Shown here: piece by piece, positions 11,296 through 25,250 of the stretch | Layout of the letters: each line of letters starts with the position of its first letter | Numbering within the stretch: the stretch's first letter is position 1 | NCBI GenBank assembly: GCA_964016885.1 | Contig: OZ024760.1 | Span: forward strand, 35,030,001 to 35,094,000 | Reading direction: 5' to 3' | DNA: 64,000 bases | Source of the DNA: Eledone cirrhosa | Taxonomy: Eukaryota | Notes under the pieces: generated by a model | The model's database searches: none | Seen by the model: only the letters and a program-made list of their open reading frames with translations | Told to the model about the DNA's origin: nothing | Program-made: the position numbers and the translations under genes

Positions 11296-12671
11296 ACAGG
11301 TGAGATGATAAAGGAAATTGACACTGAAGAAGGATACAAGTATTTGGATGTTCTGGAGGCTGATGACATCAAGAAGAAAAAATGAAGGAATTGATAAGAA
11401 CTGAATACATTCGGAGAGTAAGGAGCCTATTAAAGTCACATCTGAACAGTAGGAATGCCATAAGTGCAGTAAATTCCCGAGCTGTGTCTATTATTAGGTA
11501 CAGTGCGGGAATTCTGAGATGGAATGTTGCTGAACAAAAAGAAATGGATAGGAAGACTAGGAAGCTATATATTTTGGATAGGAAGACTAGGAAGCTATAT
11601 ATTTTGTATTCTACAACATGTTCCACAAGAGGAGTGATGTCGATAGACTCTACTTAAGGAGATCTGAAGGTGGAAGAGGTCTTATCAGCATAGAGGACTG
11701 TGTTCAGATGGAGAAAAACAACCTACACAAATACGTGACTGATAGTAAGGAGCCAATGCTCAGAACTGTACTGAAGGAGAGGACAATAGACCAGGGGATG
11801 TCCAAGGAGGAAATAACATCAAGGAGGAAGAGCAGCCTTCAGGAAAAATCCCTTCATAGTACCTTCTTTGAGAAAACTGAATTCAGAGATCCACAGACAT
11901 GGAACTGGTTGAAAAGAGGAGACCTTAAAAAGGCTACAGAAGGAATGTTAATGGCTGCGCAAGAGCAGGCCCTCAAAACGAAGTGGTTGAAACACCATAT
12001 TTACAAGGAGGAGGCTAGCCCACTGTGCAGGATCTGTGGAGAGAGAGAGGAGACTGTGGCTCACATTGTATCCGAGTGTAAACACCTAGCCCAGACTCAC
12101 TATAAGGGCTGGAGAAATGATATGATGGGCAGGGTGATCCACTGGCACCTATGCAAAGTAAACAATTTACCACATTCTGAGAAGTGGTATGAGCATAAGC
12201 CAGAGTCGGTGATAGAAAACGATCAGGTGAAGGTGCTGTGGGATTTTAGGATACAGACGGACAAGAAACTGGAACACAATAAACCTGACCTGGTGGTTTG
12301 GGACAAGGAAAAAAGATCGTGCCTGATTGTGGATGTGGCCTGCCCATTCGACACGAGAGTGCAAGAGAAGGAGAGGGAGAAAATTAACCGATACCAGGAC
12401 TTAAAGTGGGAGGTAAAAAGGAGTTGGAACTGTCATGAAGTCAAAGTGGTCCCGATTGTCATAGGTGCACTAGGTACTATCTCAAAAAGTTTCCAGGGAT
12501 GGTTAAAGAAAATTGGCCCTTTCACGCTCTTTGGAACGCTTCAAAAGGCATGCTAGCTGGGAACAGCAAGAACCCTACGATACGTCCTGAATATATGAGG
12601 CTGCAGGTAGTGGCTCGATATTCATTTCGACAAACTTTCCAGTTAACTAACATCAATGACTGAGACACAAA

Positions 12672-12672
<1 letters not shown>
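11296..12672 (+). mobile_element. 5'-truncated Dong/R4-type element, family B
   Basis: GGRGL, CRICGEREETVAHIVSEC, KPDLVV..IVDV..EKINRY REL endonuclease; (AAT)n at both ends. Confidence 0.88.
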
Positions 12673-12702
<30 letters not shown>

Positions 12703-12705
<3 letters not shown>

Positions 12706-15700
12706 GAAGGGAAGAAGACGCAGAGGAAGGGAAGAAAACGCACGAGGTGGTAGAAGGTCATGAAATTGCTCCCGTAAGTTTTTGATTTTTAACATATTTA
12801 AATCAATTGTGAAATAACAATTCTTAGTACAAATGTTGCATAAACCACCGAATCAAGTCCCATAAAATTTCGGATCTATATTATATTGTTATATCGCTCA
12901 AATATTCAATTTTGTATTATATATTTTGTATTCAAAAAAGAAAATGGTTATAAATGGAAGAAAACACCCTCTGTCTACACTATATAGAACAGCCAAATAA
13001 CAGCAATTTTACCAACACCAGAAACTTGATACACCACCTACTCCATCACACTAAATATAACAGCCAGATAACGGCAATTTCACCACCACCACCACCAATC
13101 CCAGCATCAAAATAATAATTACTATTATTATTTATATTGTTGGTGAGGAAGGGGTGAGCCAGCAGTGTCATAGTTGTTGATGTTGACGTTTGGCCCATTA
13201 TTATTGTCTCAAGTTTTAACAAAATGTTTCATTCCAATTTTACGAGAATATGTCAACACAATATATATTAAACATACGCGACACAAACTCAAAGATACTA
13301 CATATCACATAACTCAGTAACGACAACGCCACCGCCGCCACCACTCCATCCATCATTGCTACCACTATCCCATCACTGCCGCCACCACTCCTTCATTGCT
13401 ACCACCACTATTCCCCTGTTAAGTTGAGAGAGAAAGGGGAAGGTGGCGGTATCACTAGACAAGGGAGAGGCTAGGAAAAGATATAAATAGATTGACTTAG
13501 TGATCTGGCCACCGGCCACCGGCCAAACGTCAACAACTATGGCACTGCTGGCTCACCCCTTCCTCACCAACAATATAAAAAGCCCCATCACCACCACCGA
13601 CATAGCCAACAACAATAACAGGCAACTTCAGCAAAAAGTATATTATATTATTGTAATGCACTGGGTGATTGCTGGCCTTGTGCCTGTGGAGACAATTATT
13701 AATAATTTCATTCTTAAGCCACGCAATGCTCACATTAAGGAACCACTCATGATAGTAACAATTTTAAAAAAACAACAAAAAGAAAACCCCGTGACCAAGA
13801 AATACCGGGATGGCGGCCGGTGGGGAATAGCCGTGTCTCTAGGGGAGAACGACCCCTCTAGTCTTGGTTGACACTCGTCCTAGAAGTGGTAACACGAAAC
13901 GATTACCCCTTGGCGGATAAGGATAAAACGCGACAAAATAAAGTAAATGTCTAATGATAAAATCTCATACCGGATCGGCCGTCACCCGGGTAAAAAAGGG
14001 CCGCGTCCCTCAGAGAGGAACCAGACTGGGGTCGAAAAATCAGCTAATGGTTCAAACCTTCCCATCACTTCGGAGCTGGAGACCTCCCATAACCGGAATA
14101 CTCCCACTGTTGGCCCTCGATGCTCACCACCAAGAAATCCAAAGAAAAAGAGAGAAAAATGGTCAAGGGAAGATAATATAGAAGTCCTTGAGGCTTTCTA
14201 CACTGCCATGTACTACCCATCAAATACATCGAATACAGAACAGACATATATCAACTGGAAAAAGAAACATCCCGAAAACAGAGGCTATATTGACAGTAAC
14301 AAACTAGCCAATATACGAAGAAATATTGTAAAAAAAAAGTTACTAACTGATATAGAAATTGATCAGATCAGCGAAGGGAAAATGAAACATGTGTCAGTGA
14401 AAACGAGGTAAATTGTAACACTTCGAATCCCAGGGTTGGGGCGGAATCACTGGCAACAGAACAAATTAAAGAAAGGATCGAAAAAGTGGAGGGAGTGCAT
14501 GCTCAAGATGAAACTCCAAATGAAAATAATGAGATCGTAAATGATAAAGAAATGAATGAGAATGAACTTGCCAACTTGAAGGATGAAATTATGATCGAAT
14601 GGATGAAAATGAAAGAATCTGACATGGGGCAACGAGACACCCTCCCTAAGATCCAGAACTCCAAACGGAACCAAAAGATAATAGACAAGACTAACATAAT
14701 TCTCAAAAACATTATCATCACAAACAAACTAAACATTACTGATTTAAATCATCTCTATTATGCATCGGCTAAAGTCACCACTCACTTATGAAAAAACAAA
14801 GGAATTCCCACAAGAAATCTACTTGGCAAGAGAACATCAATCGCCAAATAAACCTTCTCCGATCTGACATAGAAATTTTATCAAACTATAAAGTAGGTGA
14901 ACATGTTAAACAAACTAAACTTAGAAAATTGAAAAGAAAGTACAGTATAAAATCAACAAGTGACATAGACATGCTGATAGAAATAATCAAGCAAAAAGTG
15001 TCGGCCAAAGCTGCTCGTATAAGGCGCTTTGAAAAACGATCTAGATTCTATAAGGACAATAATATGTTCAAAAACAACCAAAGAAACTTCTACAGAAAAA
15101 TTGGTAAGTCAACAATAACTGCTAAATCAATACCACCCAAGGAGGAAGTGCAAGAATTCTGGGAAAAGATCTGGGCCGAAGAAAAAGTTCATAACATACA
15201 TGCCCCATGGATAGACAGACAAATGAAAGATACAGCTCACCTTGAGGAACAAATATGGCAAAATATAACAGTTGAACAGTTGCGCTTGGCTCTAAGAAAA
15301 ACCAGCAAATGGAAATCCCCAGGAAAAGACAAAATACAAAACTTTTGGATAAATGCCTTCACAGAGTCTCATGAGCTGTTAGCCCAACTTTACACTGAAA
15401 TAGTTAAGGAGCCAGAAAAGATACCATCATGGCTAGTTAACGGCATTACATTCCTGCTTCCGAAGAATGATGAGACAAACAATCCAAAAAATTACAGACC
15501 GATAACTTGCTTGACCACAATGTATAAAATTTTAACATCAGTCCTAACTGAATACACATATGACCACCTGATAACAAATGACCTATTTCCCATTGAGCAG
15601 AAATAGTGTAAACGAGGCTCATATGGCTGTAAGGATCAGCTTCTGGTTAACAAAATGATACTGGAAGATTGTCATAATAGACACAAAAATCTATCGATTG

Positions 15701-17679
15701 CTTGGATAGATTATAAAAAAGCAACACAGTTGGATTGAAAAATGTTTAGAGATTTTCAAAATATCCCCCGTTGTCAGGAGGTTTTTGTCATTCAGTATGA
15801 AGACATGGAATAGTGAAACAAAATCACTGGAAGCTGGAGAAGTTAATATTAATTGTGGAATTTTTCAGGGTGACTCTTTATCACCGCTTTTATTCTGCAT
15901 CGCACTTATACCATTAAGTAAAATGCTCAATGAAACAAAACATGGATATAAAGTCTATGACAAAACCATTAATCACTTGTTCTACATGGATGACCTGAAA
16001 CTATTTGCAAAAAATGATGAACAATTGCAAGGGCTATTATCCACTGTGGAGCAGTTCAGTGATGACATTAAAATGGAGTTTGGACTAGATAAATGCGTCA
16101 AAGCAACGTTCACCAAAGAAAAGCTGCTCAAGAGTTCAGACATTAATCTTGATCGGGGGAACGTGATAAGAGAACTTGATCAAGAGAAAACTTACAAATA
16201 TCTAGGTGTTTGTGAAGGAGACGGAATCAAGCACTCGACAATGAGGGAAAGGATAAGGAAGGAATGTTACCGCAGAGTAAGAGCAATCTTAAGAACGGAA
16301 TTGAATGCAAGGAATAGGATCGATGCCATAAACACGCTTGCCATACCAGTAGTAACCTACAGTTACAATGTCATCAACTGGTCAAGCACAGAGATCCGTA
16401 GGCTCGATACAAAAATTCGAAAATTCTTAACCATGCACAGAATGCATCACCCTAAGGCAGATATAGATAGTATATATCTCCCTAGGAAAGAAGGAGGACG
16501 TGGGTTAATTCAGTTAGACATTGCGTTGAAAACTGCAACAATTGGATTATCTACATATCTAAGAGAATCACATGATTGGATGATCAAACTCGTTTTGAAA
16601 CACGAAAGCATCAAAAGATCATATTCCATTACAAAAGATGCACAAAGATACAGTAATGGACTACAAATTTCAGAAGTCCCATTTACTGCTGAAATGGAAA
16701 ACACAAAAAAAGCAAAGCAGGTAAAAGTAACTGTAAAGAAAGAACTGCTACAGAAACTGGCTAAGAAATGGCAAGAAAAGCCTCTGTATGGAAAATACCC
16801 AGGGCGAGCTAACAATCCTGATGTTGACGAAACTTTAACCCATCAGTGGTTGGCATCCTCTGGACTGAAATCGGAGACTGAAGGACTGATTATATCAGCA
16901 CAAGATCAGTGTCTGCCAACAAAAAATTACCAAGCCAAACATAATAAAAAACGGATGCAGCCCATTATGCCGTGTATGCAAAAAACAACCAGAGACCATT
17001 GACCATATAATTTCAATGTGCAGTCCTATAGCTCCAACCGAATACCTAAACAGGCATGACAGAGCTGCACAATACATACATTGGATAATGTGTAAGCATT
17101 TTGACCTGCCCCATCAAAAGAATTGGTGGGAGCATCAACCACCTCCCATACTTGAAAAAGATCACATCTCAATCTTGTTGAACTTTAGCATCCAAACAGA
17201 CCGAAAAATAGATGCAAATAGACCTGATATAATATTGAAGGACTTTAAAAAGAGGGTATGCCTGCTAATTGATATGTCTGTTCCAATAGACAAGAATGTA
17301 TCTATAAAAACATTTGAAAAATTGAGCAAGTATAAGGACCTGGAGATAGAAATTGGAAAAATGTGGAAATTGAGAACTAAAACAATACCAGTGGTTGCAG
17401 GCGCTCTGGGAATGATACCTAAGGAGTCTAATGATTACTTATCGCAAATCCCAGGAAACCCGCGTATAGGAGAAATACAAAAGATAGTACTAATGGGAAC
17501 TGCCCATATACTAAGGAAGATTCTGTCAATATAAGTACATCACAGGTCTAAACACTAAAGATGCATGTGTGAGTATGTATGTACTTTCTTGAACATGGCG
17601 GACCTTGTTGTCTCTTGAGGTCACTGGTTGTGACTTGGTGATAACTCGTATGAACATAAAGCAAGATAAATGCAACTGT
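12703..17679 (+). mobile_element. Full-length Dong/R4-type element, family A copy A1; single ORF 13947-17534 disrupted
   Basis: KSPGKD, YRPITCL, GIFQGDSLSP, FYMDDLK, CCHC, RHD, RPDII..LIDMS REL domain; ~1.25 kb 5' UTR; ends in (AAT)n. Confidence 0.9.
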
Positions 17680-18565
17680 AATAATAATAATAATAAGGGA
17701 AGAAGACGCACGTGGTGGATAGAAGGTCATGAAATCGCTCTCGTAAGTTTTTGATTTTTAACATATTTAAATCAATTGTGAAATAACAATTCTTAGTACA
17801 AATGATACATAAAGCACCTGAATCAAGTCTCAGAAAAAATTCGGATCCATAATATCCTGTTATATCACTCAAATATTTAATTTTGTATTATACATTTTAT
17901 ATTCAAAAAAGAAAATGGTTATAAATGGAAGAAAACCCCTCTGTCTATACTATATAGAACAGCCAAATAACAGCAATTTCACCAACACCACAAACTAGAT
18001 ACACCACCCCTCTGTGTACACTAAATACAACAGCCAGATAACGGAAATTTCACCACCACCACCACCAATCCCAGCATAATAATAATAATTACTATTATTA
18101 TTGTCTCAAGTTTTCACAAAATGTTTAATTCCAATATTAAGTTAATATGTCAACACATATATTAAACATACGCGAAAAACGCATAGATACACAGATCAAA
18201 CAAAACTACAGTCTATTCAACAAAACTCAGTAACGACAACGCCATCACTATAGTCACCGCCGCCACCACTCCATCCATCATTGCTACCACTATCCCAACA
18301 CCGCCGCCACCACTCCTTCATTGCTACCACCACTATTCGCCCATTACCTTCTGTTAACTTAAGAAAGGGGAAAGTGGCCGTATCACTAGATAAGGGAGAG
18401 GCTAGCAAAAGATATAAATAGATTGACTTAGTGACCCGGCCACCGGCCAAACGTCAACGACTATGGCACTGCTGGCTCCCTCCATCCCCACCAACAATAG
18501 AAAAAGCCCCAGCACCACCACCGACATAGCCAACAACAATAACAGGCAACTTCAGCAAAAAGTAT

Positions 18566-18740
18566 TGGCAGTATCGGTAGAGAGTCGGACGCCATGCTTT
18601 CCAGCATAGTTACGTCCCTTTACGATCTGAGTTCAAATCCCGCCGAGGTTGACTTTGCCTTTCATCCTTACGGGGTCGATAAAATAAAGTACCAGTAATG
18701 CACTGGGTAATTGCTGGCCTTGTGCCTAAAGTAGAAACAA
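18566..18740 (+). mobile_element. tRNA-type SINE inside the A2 5' UTR
   Basis: A-box-like TGGCAGTATCGG, B-box GAGTTCAAATCC; matches the copies at 40986-41300 and 48461-48650; absent from the homologous UTR at ~31550. Confidence 0.8.
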
Positions 18741-18991
18741 TTATTAATAATTTCATTCTTAAGCCACGCAATCCTCACATTAAGGAACCACTCATGATAA
18801 TAACAATTTAAAAAAACAACAAAAAAGAAAGCCCCGTGACCAAGAAATACCGGGATGGCGGCCGGCGAGGAATAGCCCTGCCTCTAGGGGAGGACGACCC
18901 CTCTAGTCTTGGTTGACACTCGTCCTAGAAGTGGTAACACGAAACAATTACCCCTTGGCGGATAAGGATAAAACGCGACAAAATAAAGTAA

Positions 18992-21900
18992 ATGTCTAAT
19001 GATAAAATCTCATACCGGATCAGCCGTCACCCGAGTAAAAAAGGGCCGCGTCCCTCAGAGAGGAACCAGACTGGGGTCGAAAAATCAGCTAATGGTTCAA
19101 ACCTTCCCATCACTTCGGAGCTGGAGACCTCCCATAACCGGAATACTCCTACTGTTGGCCCCCCATGCTCACCACCAAGAAATCCAAAGAAAAAGAGAGA
19201 AAAATGGTCAAGGGAAGATAATATAGAAGTCCTTGAGGCTTTCTACACTGCCATGTACTACCCATCAAATACATCGAATACAGAACAGACATATATCAAC
19301 TGGAAAAAGAAACATCCCGAAAACAGAGGCTATATTGACAGTAACAAACAAGCCAATATACGAAGAAATATTGTAAAAAAAAAGTTACTAACTGATATAG
19401 AAATTGATCAGATCAAGCTATTAGCACAAAGACAGCGAAGAGAAAATGAAACATGTGTCAGTGAAAACGAGGTAAATTGTAACACTTCGAGTCCTAGGGT
19501 TGGGGCGGAATCACTGACAACAGAACAAATTAAAGAAAGGATCGAAAAAGTGGAGGGAGTGCATGCTCAAGAGGAAACTCAAAATGAAAACAATGACATC
19601 GTAAATGATAAAGAAATGAATGAGAATGAACTTGTCAACTTGAAGGATGAAAATGAAAGAATCTGACATGGAGGAACGAGACACCCTCCCTAAGATCCAG
19701 AACTCCAAACAGAACCAAAAGATAATACACAAGACTAACATAATTCTCAAAAACATTATCATCACAAACAAACTAAACATTACTGATTTAAATCATCTCT
19801 ATTATGCATCGGCTAAAGTCACCACTCACTTATGTGGAGTGAAGATGAAAAAACAAAGGAATTCTCACAAGAAATCTACTTGGCAAGAGAACATCAATCG
19901 CCAAATAAACCTTCTCCGATCTGACATAGAAATTTTAACAAACTATAAAGTAGGTGAACATGTTAAACAAACTAATCTTAGAAAATTGAAAAGAAAGTAC
20001 AGTATAAAATCAACAAGTGACATAGACATGCTGATAGAAATAATCAAGCAAAAAGTGTCGGCCAAAGCTGCTCGTATAAGGCGCTTTGAAAAACGATCTA
20101 GATTCTATAAGGACAATAATATGTTCAAAAACAACCAAAGAAACTTCTACAGAAAAATTGGTAAGTCAACAATAACTGCTAAATCAATACCACCCAAGGA
20201 GGAAGTGCAAGAATTCTGGGAAAAGATCTGGGCCGAAGAAAAAGTTCATAACATACATGCCCCATGGATAGACAGACAAATGAAAGATACAGCTCACCTT
20301 GAGGAACAAATATGGGAAAACATAACAGTTGAACAGTTGCGCTTGGCTCTAAGAAAAACCAGCAAATGGAAATCCCCAGGAAAAGACAAAATACAAAATT
20401 TTTGGATAAATACCTTCACAGAGTCTCATGAGCTGTTAGCCCAACTTTACAATGAAATAGTTAAGGAGCCAGAAAAGATACCATCATGGCTAGTTAACGG
20501 CATTACATTCCTGCTTCCGAAGAATGATGAGACAAACAATCCAAAAAATTACAGACCGATAACTTGCTTGACCACAATGTATAAAATTTTAACATCAGTC
20601 CTAACTGAATATACATATGACCACCTGATAACAAATGACCTATTTCCCATTGAGCAGAAAGGGTGTAAACGAGGCTCATATGGCTGTAAGGATCAGCTTT
20701 TGGTTAACAAAATGATACTGGAAGATTGTCATAATAGACACAAAAATCTATCAATTGCTTGGATAGATTATAAAAAAGCATTCGATAGTTCGCCACACAG
20801 TTGGATTGAAACATGTTTAGAGATTTTCAAAATATCTCCCGTTGTCAGGAGGTTTTTGTCATTCAGTATGAAGACATGGAAAACGACACTCCTTTTGAAT
20901 AGTGAAACAAAATCACTGGAAGCTGGAGAAGTTAATATTAATTGTGGAATTTTTCAGGGTGACTCTTTATCACCGCTTTTATTCTGCATCGCACTTATAC
21001 CATTAAGTAAAATGCTCAATGAAACAAAACATGGATATAAAGTCTATGACAAAACCATTAATCACTTGTTCTACATGGATGACCTGAAACTATTTGCAAA
21101 ACATGATGAACAATTGCAAGGGCTATTATCCACTGTGGATCAGTTCAGTGATGACATTAAAATGGTGTTTGGACTAGATAAATGCGCCAAAGCAACGTTC
21201 ACCAGAGGAAAGCTGCTGAAAAGTTCAAACATTAATCTTGATCAGGGGAATGTGATAAGAGAACTTGATCAAGAGAAAACTTACAAATATCTAGGTGTTT
21301 GTGAAGGAGACGGAATCAAGCACTCGACAATGAGGGAAAGGATAAGGAAGGAATGTTACCGCAGAGTAAGAGCAATCTTAAGAACGGAATTGAATGCAAG
21401 GAATAGGATCGATGCCATAAACACGCTTGCCATACCAGTAGTAACCTACAGTTACAATGTCATCAACTGGTCAAGCACAGAGATCCGTAGGCTCGATACA
21501 AAAATTCGAAAATTCTTAACCATGCACAGAATGCATCACCCTAAGGCAGATACAGAGAGAATATATCTCCCTGGGAAAGAAGGGGGACGTGGGTTAATCC
21601 AGTCAGACATTGCGTTGAAAACTGCAACAATTGGATTATCTACATATCTAAGGGAATCACATGATTGGATGATCAAACTCGTTTTGAAACACGAAAGCAT
21701 CAAAAGATCATACTCCATTACAAAAGATGCACAAAGATACAGTAATGGACTACAAATTTCAGAAGTCCCATTTACTGCTGAAATGGAAAACACAGAAAAA
21801 GCAAAGCAGGTAAAAGTAACTGCAAAGAAAGAACTGCTACAGAAACTGGCTAAGAAATGGCAAGAAAAGCCTCTGTATGGAAAATACCCAGAACGAGCTA

Positions 21901-22616
21901 ACAATCCTGATGTTGACAAAACTTTAACCCATCAGTGGTTGGCATCCTCTGGACTGAAATCGGAGACTGAAGGACTGATTATATCAGCACAAGATCAGTG
22001 TCTGCCAACAAAAAATTACCAAGCCAACATAATAAAAAATGGATGCAGCCCATTATGCCGTGTATGTAAAAAACAACCAGAGACCATTGACCATATAATT
22101 TCAATGTGCAGTCCTATAGCTCCAACCGAATACCTAAACAGGCATGACAGAGCTGCACAATACATACATTGGATAATGTATGTATTGGATAATGTATGCA
22201 TTTTGACCTGCCCCATCAAAAGAATTGGTGGGAGCATCAACCACCTCCCATACTTGAAAAAGATCATATCTCAATCTTGTGGAACTTTAGCATCCAAACA
22301 GACCGAAAAATAGATGCAAATAGACCTGATATAATATTGAAAGACTTTAAAAAGAGAGTATGCCTGCTAATTGATATGTCCGTTCCAATAGACAAGAATG
22401 TATCTATAAAAACATTTGGACCTGGAGATAGAAATTGGAAAAATGTGGAAATTGAGAACTAAAACAATACCAGTGGTTGTAGGCGCTGTAGGAATGATAC
22501 CTAAGGGGTCTAATGATTACTTATCGCAAATCCCAGGAAACCCGCGTATAGGAGAAATCCAAAAGATAGTCCTAATGGGAACTGCCCATATACTAAGGAA
22601 GATTCTGTCAATATAA
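18992..22616 (+). pseudogene. A2 RT-REL endonuclease polyprotein, frameshifted
   Basis: 888-aa RT-containing piece plus flanking pieces offset by small indels. Confidence 0.85.
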
Positions 22617-22783
22617 GTACATCACAAGTCTAAACACCTAAAGATGCATGTGTGAGTATGTATGTTCTTTCTTGAACATGGCGGACCTTGTTGTCTCTTG
22701 AGGTCACTGGTTGTGACTTGGTGATAACTCGTATGAACATAAAGCAAGATAAATGCAGCTGTAATAATAATAATAATAATAAT

Positions 22784-24696
22784 GATTTCATTTATTAGCC
22801 ACAAGGGCCGACATGTAGGGGACAATACAAAGACAGGGACAGTGGGGGTTTACAATAAGGTCGAGTAAAAGTGCACAATGGCAAGACTAATTTAACAATG
22901 AAAATATAAAAATATAAAATAAACTATGCATAAATATAACAAAATAAATTCCCCGATAGGGGGTGGACGACCCTGGGGTGATTCGGGTACCCCACCAATC
23001 CTGAACCACCCTGCGCTTCTAGGGCACCCAGGGGAGCACCCCTCTCCTCAAGTTAGCCAGCCTATAGGCGCATGGTCAGAGTAGGTCCATTCACACGAGC
23101 CATTCTCGCCACATTCACCCACCTTTTAGCAAATGTACTGGGGGGGCAGCACTTCTCTCTCCACCCTCACCCTCCTTTCCAGGTGAAACTTGAAGAAGTT
23201 GATGAGGGATTGGCCGAAGAGAAAAGTGTCTGTCTTTAGTCCTTTCAACCTGGTCCACCATATAATCTCTTTCGCAACTGCCACCAGACAGAGGAAAATG
23301 TCCTGCTCTTCCTGACCTAAGGAAGGTGGCGGCTCGATCTTCACTATGGACTCGGCCGATAGCCGGATTCGTTCCACACGCGACAGTAGCTGTTCGACAT
23401 AACTCCACAATTCAGTAATGCACGGACATTGGACAAGTGCGTGCAGAACGGTTTCGTCGTTCTGTGCGCATCTTGGGCAGGTCCGTCTGACAGCACTTCC
23501 GTGCCTGTAGAGTTTATCCCGAACCGGCAGTGCCCCCCGGTAGCACTGCCAAGCGAGGGATTTCTGGAAATTGTCCATCGTCCCCGGCTCAAAAGTCCTC
23601 CGGTACAGACTGGTCAGTTCGACTTCGTCGAGGCCCAAAGCTTCTCCGAGTGCGTCATCGCACTTGCCCACTACTAATCCTCTATAGAACTCGAGAGTGG
23701 AAGTTCCACTGATCGCATTGCCCGCTTGGTAGAGGTGCCTGGCAACATTCCAGGTGCCAGTCACCCAGTCTCGGTCTCTTCTGAGAAATGAGCTGCAAAG
23801 AAATGAGCTGCGGAAAGGCCCGTCTGATAAACGGCGACCACACCTGTTCACCATTGAGGCAGAATATCTGGAGATGTCGCAGCGTCAACGCATGTCTGCG
23901 CATCATTAGCCACAGCATGCCCAGCCCTCCGCGTAGAGGGTGCTGGCAGCAGATGGACCGCCTCACCAACGGAACTTGTCCCCTCCACAATAATTTGAAG
24001 AGGAGCCGTTCCAACTTGACGAGGCGCGGACGGGGGCAAGGCACGACGGTTAGGCGGTAGTAGATGACGGACTCGATGTACGCATTCGCCACCTCCGCGC
24101 GACCTTTCAGTGATAGCTTCCTCCCAGCCCATTTTTGGGTGAGACTGGCTACTCTGCTCGTTACCTCGTCCCAATTCTTTTCCACCTGGAGGTCTGGTCC
24201 GAACCAAACCCCGAGCAACTTTACTGGTCCGTCCGTCCAGCGCCCCACGACGCTGTTGGACGGCATGGGCTTGCCTCTACAGGTTCCGAGCTGCAAGCCC
24301 ACCGACTTTTCCGGGTTAAGTTTGGCTCCTGTCAACCTTTCATATTCCTTCAATAAGGTGCCGACCATCTCGATTTCTGAGGTGTTCGACACCATCACGG
24401 TGATGTCGTCCGCATAAGCCGACACCGCCTTTCCACGTCCCGGTTCGAGCGGGATGCCCTGCAACAGCTCCAGCTTCCGCAGTAAAGGCTCGAGAGTCAA
24501 TACGTACAGAAGGGAAGAGAGAGGGCACCCTTGACGGACCGATCGGAAGAGCCGAAATGGTTCCGAGAGGTGGCCATTAACCTTGACCACCGAGCGTGTG
24601 CCGCTGTGCATTGCAACGATCCAGCTTCTAAAGACAGGGCCGAAGCCAGCTGCTTTGAGGACAAACTCCAGATACAGATGGTCGACCCTATCGAAT
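22784..24696 (-). mobile_element. 5'-truncated Tx1-clade element T3 (RT C-terminal half and 3' UTR)
   Basis: RQGCPLS, AYADD, CPRCAQNDETVLHALVQC; 3' end AATAAATGAAATC into (ATT)n. Confidence 0.88.
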
Positions 24697-24718
24697 ATAA
24701 TAATAATAATAATAATAA

Positions 24719-25175
24719 TCGATCAGGTGAAGGTGCTGTGGGATTTTAGGATACAGACGGACAAGAAACTGGAACACAATAAACCTGACCTGGTGGTTTG
24801 GGACAAGGAAAAAAGATCGTGCCTGATTGTGGATGTGGCCTGCCCATTCGACACGAGAGTGCAAGAGAAGGAGAGGGAGAAAATTAACCGATACCAGGAC
24901 TTAAAGTGGGAGGTAAAAAGGATTTGGAACTGCCATGAAGTCAAAGTGATCCCGATTGTCATAGGTGCACTAGGTACTATCTCACAAAGTTTCCAGGGAT
25001 GGTTAAAGAAAATTGGCCCCACCACGCTTTTTGGAACGCTTCAAAAGGCATGCTAGCTGGGAACAGCAAGAACCCTCCGATACGTCCTGAATATCTGAGG
25101 CTGCAGGTAGTGGCTTGATATTCATTTCAACAAACTTTCCAGTTAACTAACATCAATGACTGAGACTCAAAGAAC
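24719..25175 (+). mobile_element. Short 3' fragment of Dong/R4 family B
   Basis: REL domain DQVKVLWDF..KPDLVV..IVDV plus family B 3' UTR; followed by a long (AAT)n at 25176-25249. Confidence 0.85.

Positions 25176-25250
<75 letters not shown>

Larger units (their letters stand above)
17696..22761 (+). mobile_element. Full-length Dong/R4-type element, family A copy A2
   Basis: Head-to-tail with A1 and highly similar; ORF pieces 18992-19666, 19647-22313, 22196-22462 and 22416-22616. Confidence 0.9.
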
